Assembly: GCA_027343225.1 (NCBI GenBank)
Contig: DAHWMK010000018.1
Span: 4,868 to 68,867 of the forward strand
DNA from: Thermoplasmatales archaeon
GTDB lineage: Archaea; Thermoplasmatota; Thermoplasmata; Thermoplasmatales; GCA-001856825
DNA: 64,000 bases
Reading direction: 5' to 3'
Shown: positions 19,895-29,179 of the stretch, piece after piece
Layout: each line of letters starts with the position of its first letter
Position numbering within the stretch: position 1 is the first letter of the stretch
The notes under the pieces: model-generated
The model's input: only the letters and a program-made list of their open reading frames with translations
The model's database searches: none
Told to the model about the DNA's origin: nothing
Translations under genes and position numbers: made by a program

Positions 19895-21160
19895 ATGTGC
19901 GACACGATCTGCAGTCTCGCAAAAAACAATAAGGATTCAAGAGCCAGTCTTTTCGGAAAGAATAGCGACAGAGACCCAAACGAGATCCAGGTTGTAGAGT
20001 TCTATCCCAGAACTAACAGGGACGGTAAGGTCCACACGACTTACATTGACGTGGAATACACAGGAGAGACTAATGCAGTCATTCTGTCGAGACCTCTGTG
20101 GATGTGGGGCGCAGAGATCGGAGTTAATCAGAAGGGAGTCGCCGCGGGTAACGAAGCAATATTCTCAACCCCAAGGAACAAGACACGGAGTCTTCTCGGA
20201 ATGGATCTTCTTCGCCTTGGCCTGGAGAGAGGAAACGACGCGAATTCCACCGTCAAAAGCATAATAGAATACCTTGAAAAATACGGACAAGGAGGGAGCA
20301 ACGACCAGTACAAGAACGAATATTACAACAATTCCTTCCTAATAACTGACGGCAAGAGAATACTTGAGCTATATATCTCTGGCAAGGAGTACTTGCTGAG
20401 AGAGGCAAAGTCGTTCGATACGATTTCAAACAGTATTTCTAGGGAAAGGGAAAGTGAAAAGGAGGAAGCCCTTAGATCCCCTAATTTTATGTGCAGGGAA
20501 GATTTTCTGTACACAAGACTGGGTAGAGGTTTAGAAAGATCCACGTATACCACCACAAGTTTGCGTGATAAGTCGCAAGAAACAGAAATCAGAGACATGT
20601 TTAGGATACTCAGGCACCACAATGGAAATTGGGTTCATCCCAAATTCGGATCTAACGAGGATGTATGCATGCACGCTGGACCGCTGTCAAGGAAATACCA
20701 GACTGCGAATTCGATCGTGGTGGAAATCGGCGAGAGGAGATCTGTGGTATGGTCGACCTTTTCGTCTAACCCTTGCATTTCACTGTACAAACCAATCCTG
20801 TTTTCTGAAGAAAGAGCGGTAGGACTTCAGTATGACCGTGCTTACTGGCTTAAATCCGAAGAAACTCATAGGAGACTACAGGAATCAGAGAGTGTGTCGT
20901 TTTTGGAGGCCATTGACAGCACAGATCGTGACGAAGAGAGAATCATTCATGTCACGCAGGACATAAGGGAAAGATGGTTAAAGGGAGAAAACACGGAAAC
21001 GGAGGAATTTGAAAACATCTTCGATGAAATCAGAGAAATAGACTCTCAGCATATCGCTGGGCTTCAGACATACTCAGGATCAGCCTCCGTTTCAGGCTCG
21101 GTCAATATATATCGAAACTGGTGGAAAGGGAAAGACAAGGCTCTGAACATCACTAAATGA
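19895..21160 (+). CDS. Peptidase C69 family (dipeptidase/secernin-like Ntn hydrolase)
   Basis: N-terminal MCDT nucleophile, GKNSDRDPNE, WMWGAEIGVN and LLGMDLLRLGLER. Confidence 0.92.
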   Translation: MCDTICSLAKNNKDSRASLFGKNSDRDPNEIQVVEFYPRTNRDGKVHTTYIDVEYTGETNAVILSRPLWMWGAEIGVNQKGVAAGNEAIFSTPRNKTRSLLGMDLLRLGLERGNDANSTVKSIIEYLEKYGQGGSNDQYKNEYYNNSFLITDGKRILELYISGKEYLLREAKSFDTISNSISRERESEKEEALRSPNFMCREDFLYTRLGRGLERSTYTTTSLRDKSQETEIRDMFRILRHHNGNWVHPKFGSNEDVCMHAGPLSRKYQTANSIVVEIGERRSVVWSTFSSNPCISLYKPILFSEERAVGLQYDRAYWLKSEETHRRLQESESVSFLEAIDSTDRDEERIIHVTQDIRERWLKGENTETEEFENIFDEIREIDSQHIAGLQTYSGSASVSGSVNIYRNWWKGKDKALNITK

Positions 21161-21204
21161 AGCAGATCCAACTGTTCTCCGAAGACTTGAGTTCCTGGAT
21201 CCAT

Positions 21205-22521
21205 TCACTTTTGCATTTTCAGTCTCCCGGATCTATACAAGAAATAATATACGAGTGAAAAAACTAGAGTTCCCACTATCACTACCACTGCGACCCATTT
21301 AGAGGAGGTGTACAAAAGGAGCAAGCCAAGCAATGAGAATATTATGGTAGTAATTATGAATATGACAGTTCCCCCTCTGACATCAAATGGGATATCTTGC
21401 TTCTTCAACTTTCTCTTATGCCACAGCGCGCTGTAGCTCACGAACGCATACATAAATGAATCAAAAGCAGCTGCTATCAGTACGATTGCAGAGTAATTCC
21501 TCGTAAAGAAAATTAGTGCAGTTATGGCCAGAACAACAACATAAAGGAAAAGCAATGAAGCATAAGGTGTCAGAAACCTCCGATGTATACTTCCCAAGAA
21601 CTTCGGAAATACCCCCTCTCTTCCCAGGGCGTAGACAAGCCTAGAAGTTCCCAGAATGCCTGCATTGAATGCACTGAAACTCATAACTATGCTGATTATG
21701 CCAATCAGGATTGGAAGCCTGGTACCGGCCAGTATATAATTGCCAAGGACGATCTGGGGAATGACCGTAGTTCCAAGGACAGAAAGGGGTACTCTTTCGA
21801 AAATAGCTACGGAAGCAAGAATGAAGGTTAATCCTATAAAACCAATGCCAATAGGCATTGCTCGAGGGATGCCCTTCTTGTAATCCACTGCCTCTTCTCC
21901 CAACGTAGTCACCCTGCCGAATCCGATGAAAAAGTATATGGATACAGCACTAGCGGAGAATACCGACAGCCAGTTAAGGCTTCCAAGTCCAACGGGGGAA
22001 GAGGTCCTCACAAAAAATATAGAATAAACAGAAACAAGAATAAGGGAGATAATCACAAAGAATGTTATCAGCATCTGAAAATTTCCAGAGATCTCTACTC
22101 CAAGGATATTTATCAAAACGACAACGCTAAGTATCAAGACAGACCAAAAGAAAGGGGGGAGAGATCCTATAACGTAGCTCAGTACGTTGCCCGCCATATA
22201 AGCTTCAACGCCTGCCGCACCAAGGATTATTACTACCCACATGACAGACAAAGAAAGGGCGAGAGTATTTCCCATCGGCTTCTTGAGAAATATCCTGTTA
22301 CCGGCTGCCGACGGATAGATACTGACCAGCTCCCCGTATGCCAGGGAGACAAGTATCACGACAGCGGTAGAAATAACGACCGACAAGATTAGGTCAATCA
22401 ATGAACCGACCATCAGAACCATGATCGTTATGCTCAGGAATACTGAAGATGCTAGAGGAGTTCCCATTGTTATGGCGACTAGTCTGGTGAATTTCAGTCT
22501 TCGATTTAGGATCAAGACCAT
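21205..22521 (-). CDS. APC family amino acid/amine permease
   Basis: About 12 TM helices; AYGELVSIYPSAAG, EEA...IPRA and SRLVYALGREGVFP. Confidence 0.9.
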   Translation of the reverse strand: MVLILNRRLKFTRLVAITMGTPLASSVFLSITIMVLMVGSLIDLILSVVISTAVVILVSLAYGELVSIYPSAAGNRIFLKKPMGNTLALSLSVMWVVIILGAAGVEAYMAGNVLSYVIGSLPPFFWSVLILSVVVLINILGVEISGNFQMLITFFVIISLILVSVYSIFFVRTSSPVGLGSLNWLSVFSASAVSIYFFIGFGRVTTLGEEAVDYKKGIPRAMPIGIGFIGLTFILASVAIFERVPLSVLGTTVIPQIVLGNYILAGTRLPILIGIISIVMSFSAFNAGILGTSRLVYALGREGVFPKFLGSIHRRFLTPYASLLFLYVVVLAITALIFFTRNYSAIVLIAAAFDSFMYAFVSYSALWHKRKLKKQDIPFDVRGGTVIFIITTIIFSLLGLLLLYTSSKWVAVVVIVGTLVFSLVYYFLYRSGRLKMQK

Positions 22522-22871
22522 AGTATTTTCGCCACCGCATCCAGGACTATTTGATCCTTTTCTGATCCATAGGTTTCAACAACACCATCCATGTACAGAT
22601 GGGCTATATTTTCCTTCCCTCTCAGCATGTTGACTAAGGTGAGTGTGGAACCGACTACCTTGACATTTCCCTCGTTCTCGCTCATCGCCTTTCTCATTTC
22701 TGATACCCTCCCTGATGATACTTCCAAAACATATCCAAAGTGCTGATCCTTACTCCACATAAGGACTGACGTGCTCCATCTTCTGATGAGCTTCTGTACT
22801 CTCTCATTCCCATTGATTTTTTCGGAGAAATCTTTCAGGACGTCTCTGAGCTCTAATTCATAATCGCTCAT
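22512..22871 (-). CDS. SCP2 sterol/lipid-binding domain protein (copy 3)
   Basis: About 119 aa. The C-terminal TLVNMLRGKENIAHLYMDGVVETYG fits the SCP2 pattern. GGTGA lies 7 nt before the ATG. Confidence 0.7.
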   Translation of the reverse strand: MSDYELELRDVLKDFSEKINGNERVQKLIRRWSTSVLMWSKDQHFGYVLEVSSGRVSEMRKAMSENEGNVKVVGSTLTLVNMLRGKENIAHLYMDGVVETYGSEKDQIVLDAVAKILWS

Positions 22872-22882
22872 CTTCCTTTCAC

Positions 22883-23296
22883 CTATTGATCGATTCTCCA
22901 TGCTGACTTTACTAACTCTTGGGCAGCATTGACATATTTCATCAGTTTTCGTATATCTCCTGTGACTGTAATTTCACCTTTCAGCATGGAAGTAACCACG
23001 TCTGCCTTTCCGGAAAGTATGTTCTCCCATGTTGTTGCCTTCCCTTCAAGCAGGTACGGTACCTCTTTTATACTGGCAGAAACTGGAAAACTTATGGAGT
23101 TGCACTTGCCGTGGTACAACTCAAGTCTTACGTTCTTGAGTTCCCCACTACGAAAGTATTGAGATTTTTCGTCACCTTTAATTGAAAGAATAATGTCACC
23201 CTCCCATTCTGCAGCGTATTTCTCGTAGTTTGTATTGGAATTTATGCACTCCTTGTACCTTTCGAACCACGCGTTTGAAAACATCACTTGTTTCAT
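22883..23296 (-). CDS. SCP2 sterol/lipid-binding domain protein (copy 2)
   Basis: FSNAW..Y...IN, LYHGKC and TWENILSGKADVVTSMLKGEITVTGDIRKLMKY. ATGA overlap with the upstream gene. Confidence 0.82.
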   Translation of the reverse strand: MKQVMFSNAWFERYKECINSNTNYEKYAAEWEGDIILSIKGDEKSQYFRSGELKNVRLELYHGKCNSISFPVSASIKEVPYLLEGKATTWENILSGKADVVTSMLKGEITVTGDIRKLMKYVNAAQELVKSAWRIDQ

Positions 23297-23751
23297 AGGT
23301 AACCTCTCTCGCTCAACCACTTCTGATATTGAATTTTGGTCGGGATGATTATCTTCTTGGTAGAATCCCGGAGAATAGTCTCCATCCTCTCGGAAGGTGC
23401 CTGAATGCTCATCACCTTCTTCATCGATCCTCTGAATACTATTTCATCACTTATTACGAGTTCCACGAAACTCTCCTGGCCAGTGCTTATTTTGACCATC
23501 GAATCGTACGATTCTATGAAGTAGACTAGTTCTGCTTTGGATTCGTAGTCCTTTACTTCGTTCTTCTTGATCAACTTGAATTCGACTATTTCTCCGTCCA
23601 CCGTTTCTTGCCATATTCCTATGCCAAGGTCCTTCATCTCTATCAGTTCACGTGCATCGTAACTTCCCTTCCCAAGCTCCCTAAACCTGTGGTCTTGATT
23701 CAAGACCTGCTTCAGCGAGTCAAAAAATTCTTGCGTTCCAAAACTTAGCAC
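23293..23751 (-). CDS. SCP2 sterol/lipid-binding domain protein (copy 1)
   Basis: FGTQEFFDSLKQVLNQD and YDSMVKISTGQESFVELVISDEIVFRGSMKKVM. Confidence 0.7.
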   Translation of the reverse strand: MLSFGTQEFFDSLKQVLNQDHRFRELGKGSYDARELIEMKDLGIGIWQETVDGEIVEFKLIKKNEVKDYESKAELVYFIESYDSMVKISTGQESFVELVISDEIVFRGSMKKVMSIQAPSERMETILRDSTKKIIIPTKIQYQKWLSERGYL

Positions 23752-23777
23752 AGTTTACTCACAACCCCAATCGACCA

Positions 23778-24917
23778 CTAGTCCTCTTCCACCCTAACGA
23801 TCTTCTTGACAGTCACATTCCTCTTCTTCAGTTCTCTGATGAACGACTCGGGATTGATTGCACCTTCAGGTGCATACAAACCTGGTTTTAGATTCTTGTT
23901 CTTTGATATCTCCTGTGCTCCTATACTGGCTGACCAGCCTGTCAGTTTTTGCATCCTGTCAGCTCCACTGTACTCAATGGTAGTTTTCCTTCCATCCTTT
24001 TTGCCTATGATTTCTACCCAGAAACCTGATACCTCAACTCCCCCGCTCTTGAATTGCTCCATGGTCTGGTGAACGAAAGAAGCTAGGAAGTCTCTCGATG
24101 TAACTTCTACATTCCCAACTTTGACTGTTTTGTCCTCAGTTAGACCAACATCAGCGAATTGACTTACCAGGTGATTCTGCCATTCTGGCACGAGGGCCCC
24201 CCTTAGAGTGACGTTGTTAACGCCTTTCAGAAACTTCGGGATTGTAATTGGCTCCGGATGACCTACAAAGTATGTCTCCAATCTAGAGATTGGTTCTGGA
24301 AAATCAATTTCCTTCTTGAATTGTCTAGCAGGTACGTATTCCAACTTTCCATCGAGAAACATAGGTACATCGCCAGTAACAGCGTGGAACACGTGTGAAA
24401 TAACAGCTATCCCCGAAGCGTCCGCTGCACTCCCGCTCCAGCCAATGTTGATATCGGTTGTATTGTCTAAACTGTCGTAACCCGCTCTTGCAAGAACATT
24501 TGTTATGCCGGGTGTCCAGCCCATACCAATAAGAATTCTGGATCTACCCTTTGCAATTTCCCCTTCTTTCGCCACAACGTTTAGGGTGGCATCATAGTCG
24601 TCACAGATATCTACGTAATCTTTTCCAGCTTCCATTGCGGCTCCGACAACCATATTCTCGTACTTGTAAAATGGGCCAATCGTGTTTATGACTATATCTG
24701 AATGGGATATCAATTCCACAAGACTCTTCCTGTCGTTAGCGTCTACAAATACCCCTTCGACTTCGGTAGTTCCGCCCTTCAACTCTTCGACGATTTTCCT
24801 CGTGCCAACACGATTGAAATCCGCTATCGTGACTCGTTCAACATTACTAAAAACCAAATCTCTGACTGCCGCGGATCCCATATCTCCAGCTCCGCCTAGT
24901 ACCAAAAAAACAGTCAT
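23778..24917 (-). CDS. Saccharopine dehydrogenase-like NAD(P)-dependent oxidoreductase
   Basis: Rossmann LVLGGAGDMG, NTIGPFY, YVDICDD, GMGWTPGITN, HPEP and GLYAPE. Start placed about 24 nt behind a TTTATA box. Confidence 0.88.
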   Translation of the reverse strand: MTVFLVLGGAGDMGSAAVRDLVFSNVERVTIADFNRVGTRKIVEELKGGTTEVEGVFVDANDRKSLVELISHSDIVINTIGPFYKYENMVVGAAMEAGKDYVDICDDYDATLNVVAKEGEIAKGRSRILIGMGWTPGITNVLARAGYDSLDNTTDINIGWSGSAADASGIAVISHVFHAVTGDVPMFLDGKLEYVPARQFKKEIDFPEPISRLETYFVGHPEPITIPKFLKGVNNVTLRGALVPEWQNHLVSQFADVGLTEDKTVKVGNVEVTSRDFLASFVHQTMEQFKSGGVEVSGFWVEIIGKKDGRKTTIEYSGADRMQKLTGWSASIGAQEISKNKNLKPGLYAPEGAINPESFIRELKKRNVTVKKIVRVEED

Positions 24918-25150
24918 GTTCATAAAAATTGTTTCACTCATATAAATACATTTTTGATTATTAAGCGCACCTAATCTGTCCAGATATTTCCTGAAAGGTA
25001 ATTTTGTTGAAATAACGTCCATTCTGAACAATTTCAAAATGTCCGTCTTTGTTCTAGATAACTTTCCACAATGATGACACGTTTGCCAGAACGGTAAACC
25101 TTATCGGACGATAAGGTGGAGTGCCCATATCGCCTAAAGGATACTTCCTT

Positions 25151-25414
25151 TCAGATTTTCCCATCTGGCCTGTATATCTTCGGGAGGAGTATTCTTTCAT
25201 TATTTTCGTTGTATACGTATGTGCTTGAGAGGTCCTCATCCTCTGTGTTTTCGTGACTGCCATCACAGAACGGTTTGTTGTGGGACAGACCACAAGCGCA
25301 GAACTCTGCTGTCAGATCCAGAAGCTTGGAGCTAGGATCTATGCTCTCTGCACCTTCAATATCTCTGATCTTTATCTTGTAAGGACCTGTTCTCTCATGA
25401 ACTACAATTCTCAT
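25151..25414 (-). CDS. CDGSH iron-sulfur domain protein
   Basis: GPY...CACGLSHNKPFCDGSH. Confidence 0.92.
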   Translation of the reverse strand: MRIVVHERTGPYKIKIRDIEGAESIDPSSKLLDLTAEFCACGLSHNKPFCDGSHENTEDEDLSSTYVYNENNERILLPKIYRPDGKI

Positions 25415-25625
25415 AATGATCAATTTGAGCAGCAATACAAAATATTTTGGTATTAATTCTTACTACATTATGAGAGAAGAGTGGTTGGGATAATTCAAGC
25501 ACCTCTAATTAGTTTCTAACATAAGAACGATAGAGAATGGCTTTGAAGTCCATTTGTTAAACCCAAGTTTACAGACACAGACCCTGCTACCAAATCAATA
25601 AATAAGAATTCAGGTTTTTTGGACA

Positions 25626-27359
25626 ATGAAAGTACTGACATTCATAAAACAAGTTCCGGATGTAAATAGCATAGGTTTTGACCCGAAGACAAACAGGATC
25701 GTCAGGGAAGGGGTGCCACTGATGATGAATTCTTTCGACAAGAAAGCTGTTGAGGAAGCATTGAGACTCAAAGAAAAATATGGGGTTGAAACTATAGTTG
25801 CCTCTATGGGGCCTCCATCGGCATCAGCGGTAGTGAATGAAGCAATGAAAATGGGAATAGACCAAGGTTACTTAATTACCGATAAGAGATTTGGTGGGTC
25901 CGATACTCTTGCTACATCAATAATCCTGTCAAAATTCGCATCTAGCATAAGACCTGACATCATTCTTACGGGCAAGTATTCTTTGGATGGGGAGACGTCT
26001 CAGGTTCCTCCGGAAATAGCAGTCAATCTTTCATACAACTTCAAATCTAGTATCTCCAAGATAGAGCTTGAAGGAAATGAGGCTAGAATAGAACACGAAA
26101 ATGAACTTGGACTGTTCAATATGAGGGTGACTCTTCCTGCTTTATTCTCTGTCAGCGAAAAGATAAACAAAGCTAGGCCTATAAAAAGCGGAGTTCCAGA
26201 TTTTTCTGATGCAATCATTAGAGTTGACTCTTCACAACTGAAAATAAAATTAACCGGGGAGGAGATGAGCCCAACAGTAGTCTTTGGGACTAGGAACTCG
26301 GATAGCCAAAGGCACTGTGAATTTTTGGAATCTGACCCAGAGATATTCAAGAAAGTTGCAACTCTCCTCGCTGAGAGTCGAGTTTCAACGGACGAGGCGT
26401 TGAAGATAAGAAAACTAGAATTTGTGCCGGAAAGGGAGACTATATTGGGGGTTGCTTTAGACGACCCGATCATTGCGATCGAGATAGCGTCCAAAATAGC
26501 GTTGTTGGCAGAATCCCACGATCTTAATCCGGTGATGATAGGAAATGTGAACCCTTCGAGCCTGAAGGGTATGCCAACTGCTTTTTATTATCACATTAAC
26601 TCTTCTGACTTCTTTGCGAATCTTAAGGGCGTTGTGGACTTTATGGACAAAAACCATCCAAGATATGTCATATTCCCATCTACTACTAGGGGTAGAGAAC
26701 TGGCAGGAATGATTGCTGGGAAAATGCATCTCGGACTAACCGCCGATTGCGTAGATCTGGAGATAAGAGATGGAAAACTTATACAATTCAAGCCGTCGTT
26801 TGGAGGATTGATCATAGCATCGATATACTCAAAGACGAAGCCAGAAATGTCAACCGTTAGACCAGGTATGTTTAAAGTAGCGCTTATGGACGAACCATTC
26901 CCGGTAAAAGAACTGCAAGTTGAGTCTGAAGTTCGAGAAGTAATAACGTCTTTTTCTAAGGTTCCAGAATCATTCCGTCCTCTTCGTTCTAGCAGGATCG
27001 TGCTTGGAGTTGGAAGAGGAGCATCTGAGAAGGGCGTGATTGATAAGGTATTGAGACTTGCCGATCTCACATCCTCCTCAGTAGGAGCATCGAGACCCGT
27101 AGTTGATATGGGACTTATCCCCAGGCAACAGCAGATAGGACTAACTGGCTATTCTATATCACCTGAAGTCTACATAGCGATAGGGGTATCCGGTACGACC
27201 AACCATGTCGTTGGCCTGAGGTACTGCAAGAAAATAATTGCAGTTAACATTGATCCTAAGGCTCCGATCTTCAATTTTTCTGACTACGGTATAATTATGG
27301 ACGCGAATAAATTCCTTGACGGAATGATATCGCACCTTGAACGGACCGCTTCTTCCTAG
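25626..27359 (+). CDS. Fused electron transfer flavoprotein beta+alpha
   Basis: N-terminal KQVPD, SMGP, GSDTLATS and DGETSQVP (beta). C-terminal GLTADC, TVRPG, GASRPVVD, QIGLTG and YIAIGVSG (alpha). Confidence 0.93.
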   Translation: MKVLTFIKQVPDVNSIGFDPKTNRIVREGVPLMMNSFDKKAVEEALRLKEKYGVETIVASMGPPSASAVVNEAMKMGIDQGYLITDKRFGGSDTLATSIILSKFASSIRPDIILTGKYSLDGETSQVPPEIAVNLSYNFKSSISKIELEGNEARIEHENELGLFNMRVTLPALFSVSEKINKARPIKSGVPDFSDAIIRVDSSQLKIKLTGEEMSPTVVFGTRNSDSQRHCEFLESDPEIFKKVATLLAESRVSTDEALKIRKLEFVPERETILGVALDDPIIAIEIASKIALLAESHDLNPVMIGNVNPSSLKGMPTAFYYHINSSDFFANLKGVVDFMDKNHPRYVIFPSTTRGRELAGMIAGKMHLGLTADCVDLEIRDGKLIQFKPSFGGLIIASIYSKTKPEMSTVRPGMFKVALMDEPFPVKELQVESEVREVITSFSKVPESFRPLRSSRIVLGVGRGASEKGVIDKVLRLADLTSSSVGASRPVVDMGLIPRQQQIGLTGYSISPEVYIAIGVSGTTNHVVGLRYCKKIIAVNIDPKAPIFNFSDYGIIMDANKFLDGMISHLERTASS

Positions 27360-27841
27360 AGGGATTCAATTCAAAATTGAGCATTCTTTTGCCATTTCTC
27401 CATGAGGGGAGTAATTTCTTGCAGTTTACGTTTCTAAATCGACACGATTGGATACGATACCCGTTTGGAAGATGTACCCCTGATCCGTCCCTTCTGCAGT
27501 AGTTAGATACTTCCTGCTAAAAAAAATACGTACCCATAGATCTGATTGGCGGGGTCTACTAAATAAGATCACTTGCACTCTCGAGCGCTGTTGTATGCTT
27601 TAAGTGGTGAACCTTTGTTCAGGAGAAAATAGAACAAATATTCCCTTAACAGGTAGCTTAAACTGATTTCAAATGTTTGAAATTAATTCACTTGCTTCTT
27701 AACAAAGTTTTGTTGATCAAAACGCTATATTTTAGCGATGGTATCCCCACAAATTTTTTATAGGGATTAAAGCAATGGATTTATGCAAAATGACCATTAT
27801 TTCCGACCCGCTTCGGATAGAGACTCAAGGAGGTTGATCCA

Positions 27842-28288
27842 GTGATGAAAACGACAAAGGAAGACGCTGACCTGCTATTGAAACTGATGCAGTTCACAGA
27901 CACCCCCCAAATGGTAGAAGCAATGAACTGGTTCTCAAAAGGGTTTTCAGCAAAGGACTATAAAGAATTTCAAAAGAAGTATCCGAATGGCAGTGCTGGT
28001 GAAAATCACTTCAGCAGAATAATTTCATCTTTTGAACTGGCAGGAGTCTTAGTTTCCCAGGGACTTCTTAGCGAAGACCTCTACTTTGATATGAGTGGTA
28101 TCGGATTCATATGGCCAAGACTAGAAAAGATCGTTTCGGGAATGAGGAAGGAAATGGACGAGTCATTATGGGAAAACGCTGTCTGGCTCGCGAACAGACA
28201 AAAACAGTGGCGAAAGGAAGTGTGGCGACCTAACCTTGACTGGAAGTTTAAGCAGGAACATCAGAAGTCCACCACAAAGAAACATTAG
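27842..28288 (+). CDS. Hypothetical protein, DUF4760-like
   Basis: GGAGG SD; DADLLLKL, FELAGVLV..GLL.EDLYFD and WENAVWL pattern. Confidence 0.6.
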   Translation: MMKTTKEDADLLLKLMQFTDTPQMVEAMNWFSKGFSAKDYKEFQKKYPNGSAGENHFSRIISSFELAGVLVSQGLLSEDLYFDMSGIGFIWPRLEKIVSGMRKEMDESLWENAVWLANRQKQWRKEVWRPNLDWKFKQEHQKSTTKKH

Positions 28289-28341
28289 AAACTTTAAAAC
28301 TTCAGTTATTTTTTCCTCCTTAGCTAGTTTAGTCTATTTTT

Positions 28342-29004
28342 CTACCATTTGAGGACATAAAATAAAGAGACGATTAAGGTGACCGCTAGCAATAGTACCG
28401 TCTCAGTAATTCCTACTAATTTTAACCCTTTTGATTTTAAGGCCACTGGTATCCTTATGATCGAGAGCAAAAAAACCAGAAATACCGGACTCAAAACGAA
28501 GAGAAGCGGGGGCAACACATCGTAAACGAGCAACCACCCATTCTTTGTCAACTTCGATCTGACCGTGAATTCTGATCCAATCATATAGAAAAAGAGAGCT
28601 ATGATTAGTAGTACTGAAGAATAACCATTCATACCAATAGTCACGACGAATAGGAGTATATAGGCTAGAATACCCAGGGCAGTACCCACAAAATTAACTC
28701 TTCTGAGTGAAAGATAGTTTCTCCCGGCATAAGTTGCAAGGAAGATTAGGTATGGTGCAATCAGGAAGTGGTTCAGATAAATTGCTGCAACAGAAATCAG
28801 AAGGATGAGGAGGAACAAGAAAATGTCTATAACGGATTTAAAAACCTTCCTAATCGGAATATCATAAAGAAATAGACCCATCCAAATTGGAATCCAGAAT
28901 ATGGCAGAAAGGACATCTCTTCTTGTAATAATGGCTAGTGTTATAGAGGAAATACCCAAAATCACTGATGTTGTTGTATTCCCGTGCTCTACTGGCTTCC
29001 TCAC
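28342..29004 (-). CDS. YwiC-like integral membrane protein
   Basis: N-terminal KPVEHG, multiple TM helices, C-terminal LKLVGITE. Confidence 0.6.
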   Translation of the reverse strand: MRKPVEHGNTTTSVILGISSITLAIITRRDVLSAIFWIPIWMGLFLYDIPIRKVFKSVIDIFLFLLILLISVAAIYLNHFLIAPYLIFLATYAGRNYLSLRRVNFVGTALGILAYILLFVVTIGMNGYSSVLLIIALFFYMIGSEFTVRSKLTKNGWLLVYDVLPPLLFVLSPVFLVFLLSIIRIPVALKSKGLKLVGITETVLLLAVTLIVSLFYVLKW

Positions 29005-29179
29005 TCCTAGATATATCACTTGAATAATTAACAATTTAGTGAATTCTTCTAACAAATGAAGATGAAATTGCGGTTGTGATATAATTTTCTTATTCCTTTA
29101 CTTCAGGATTCACACTTGGTTATGAGCGTCTTCTAACAAGAAATGCCAGGAAACCGCGATAAAGTTACAACTTGAAACA

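Noticed and set aside
10329-25035. Exact 15-mer ATTCTGAACAATTTC at 10329-10343 and 25021-25035, both intergenic
   Set aside because: One AT-rich 15-mer match is roughly expected by chance in 64 kb. It is not palindromic, and its position relative to the neighbouring starts differs.
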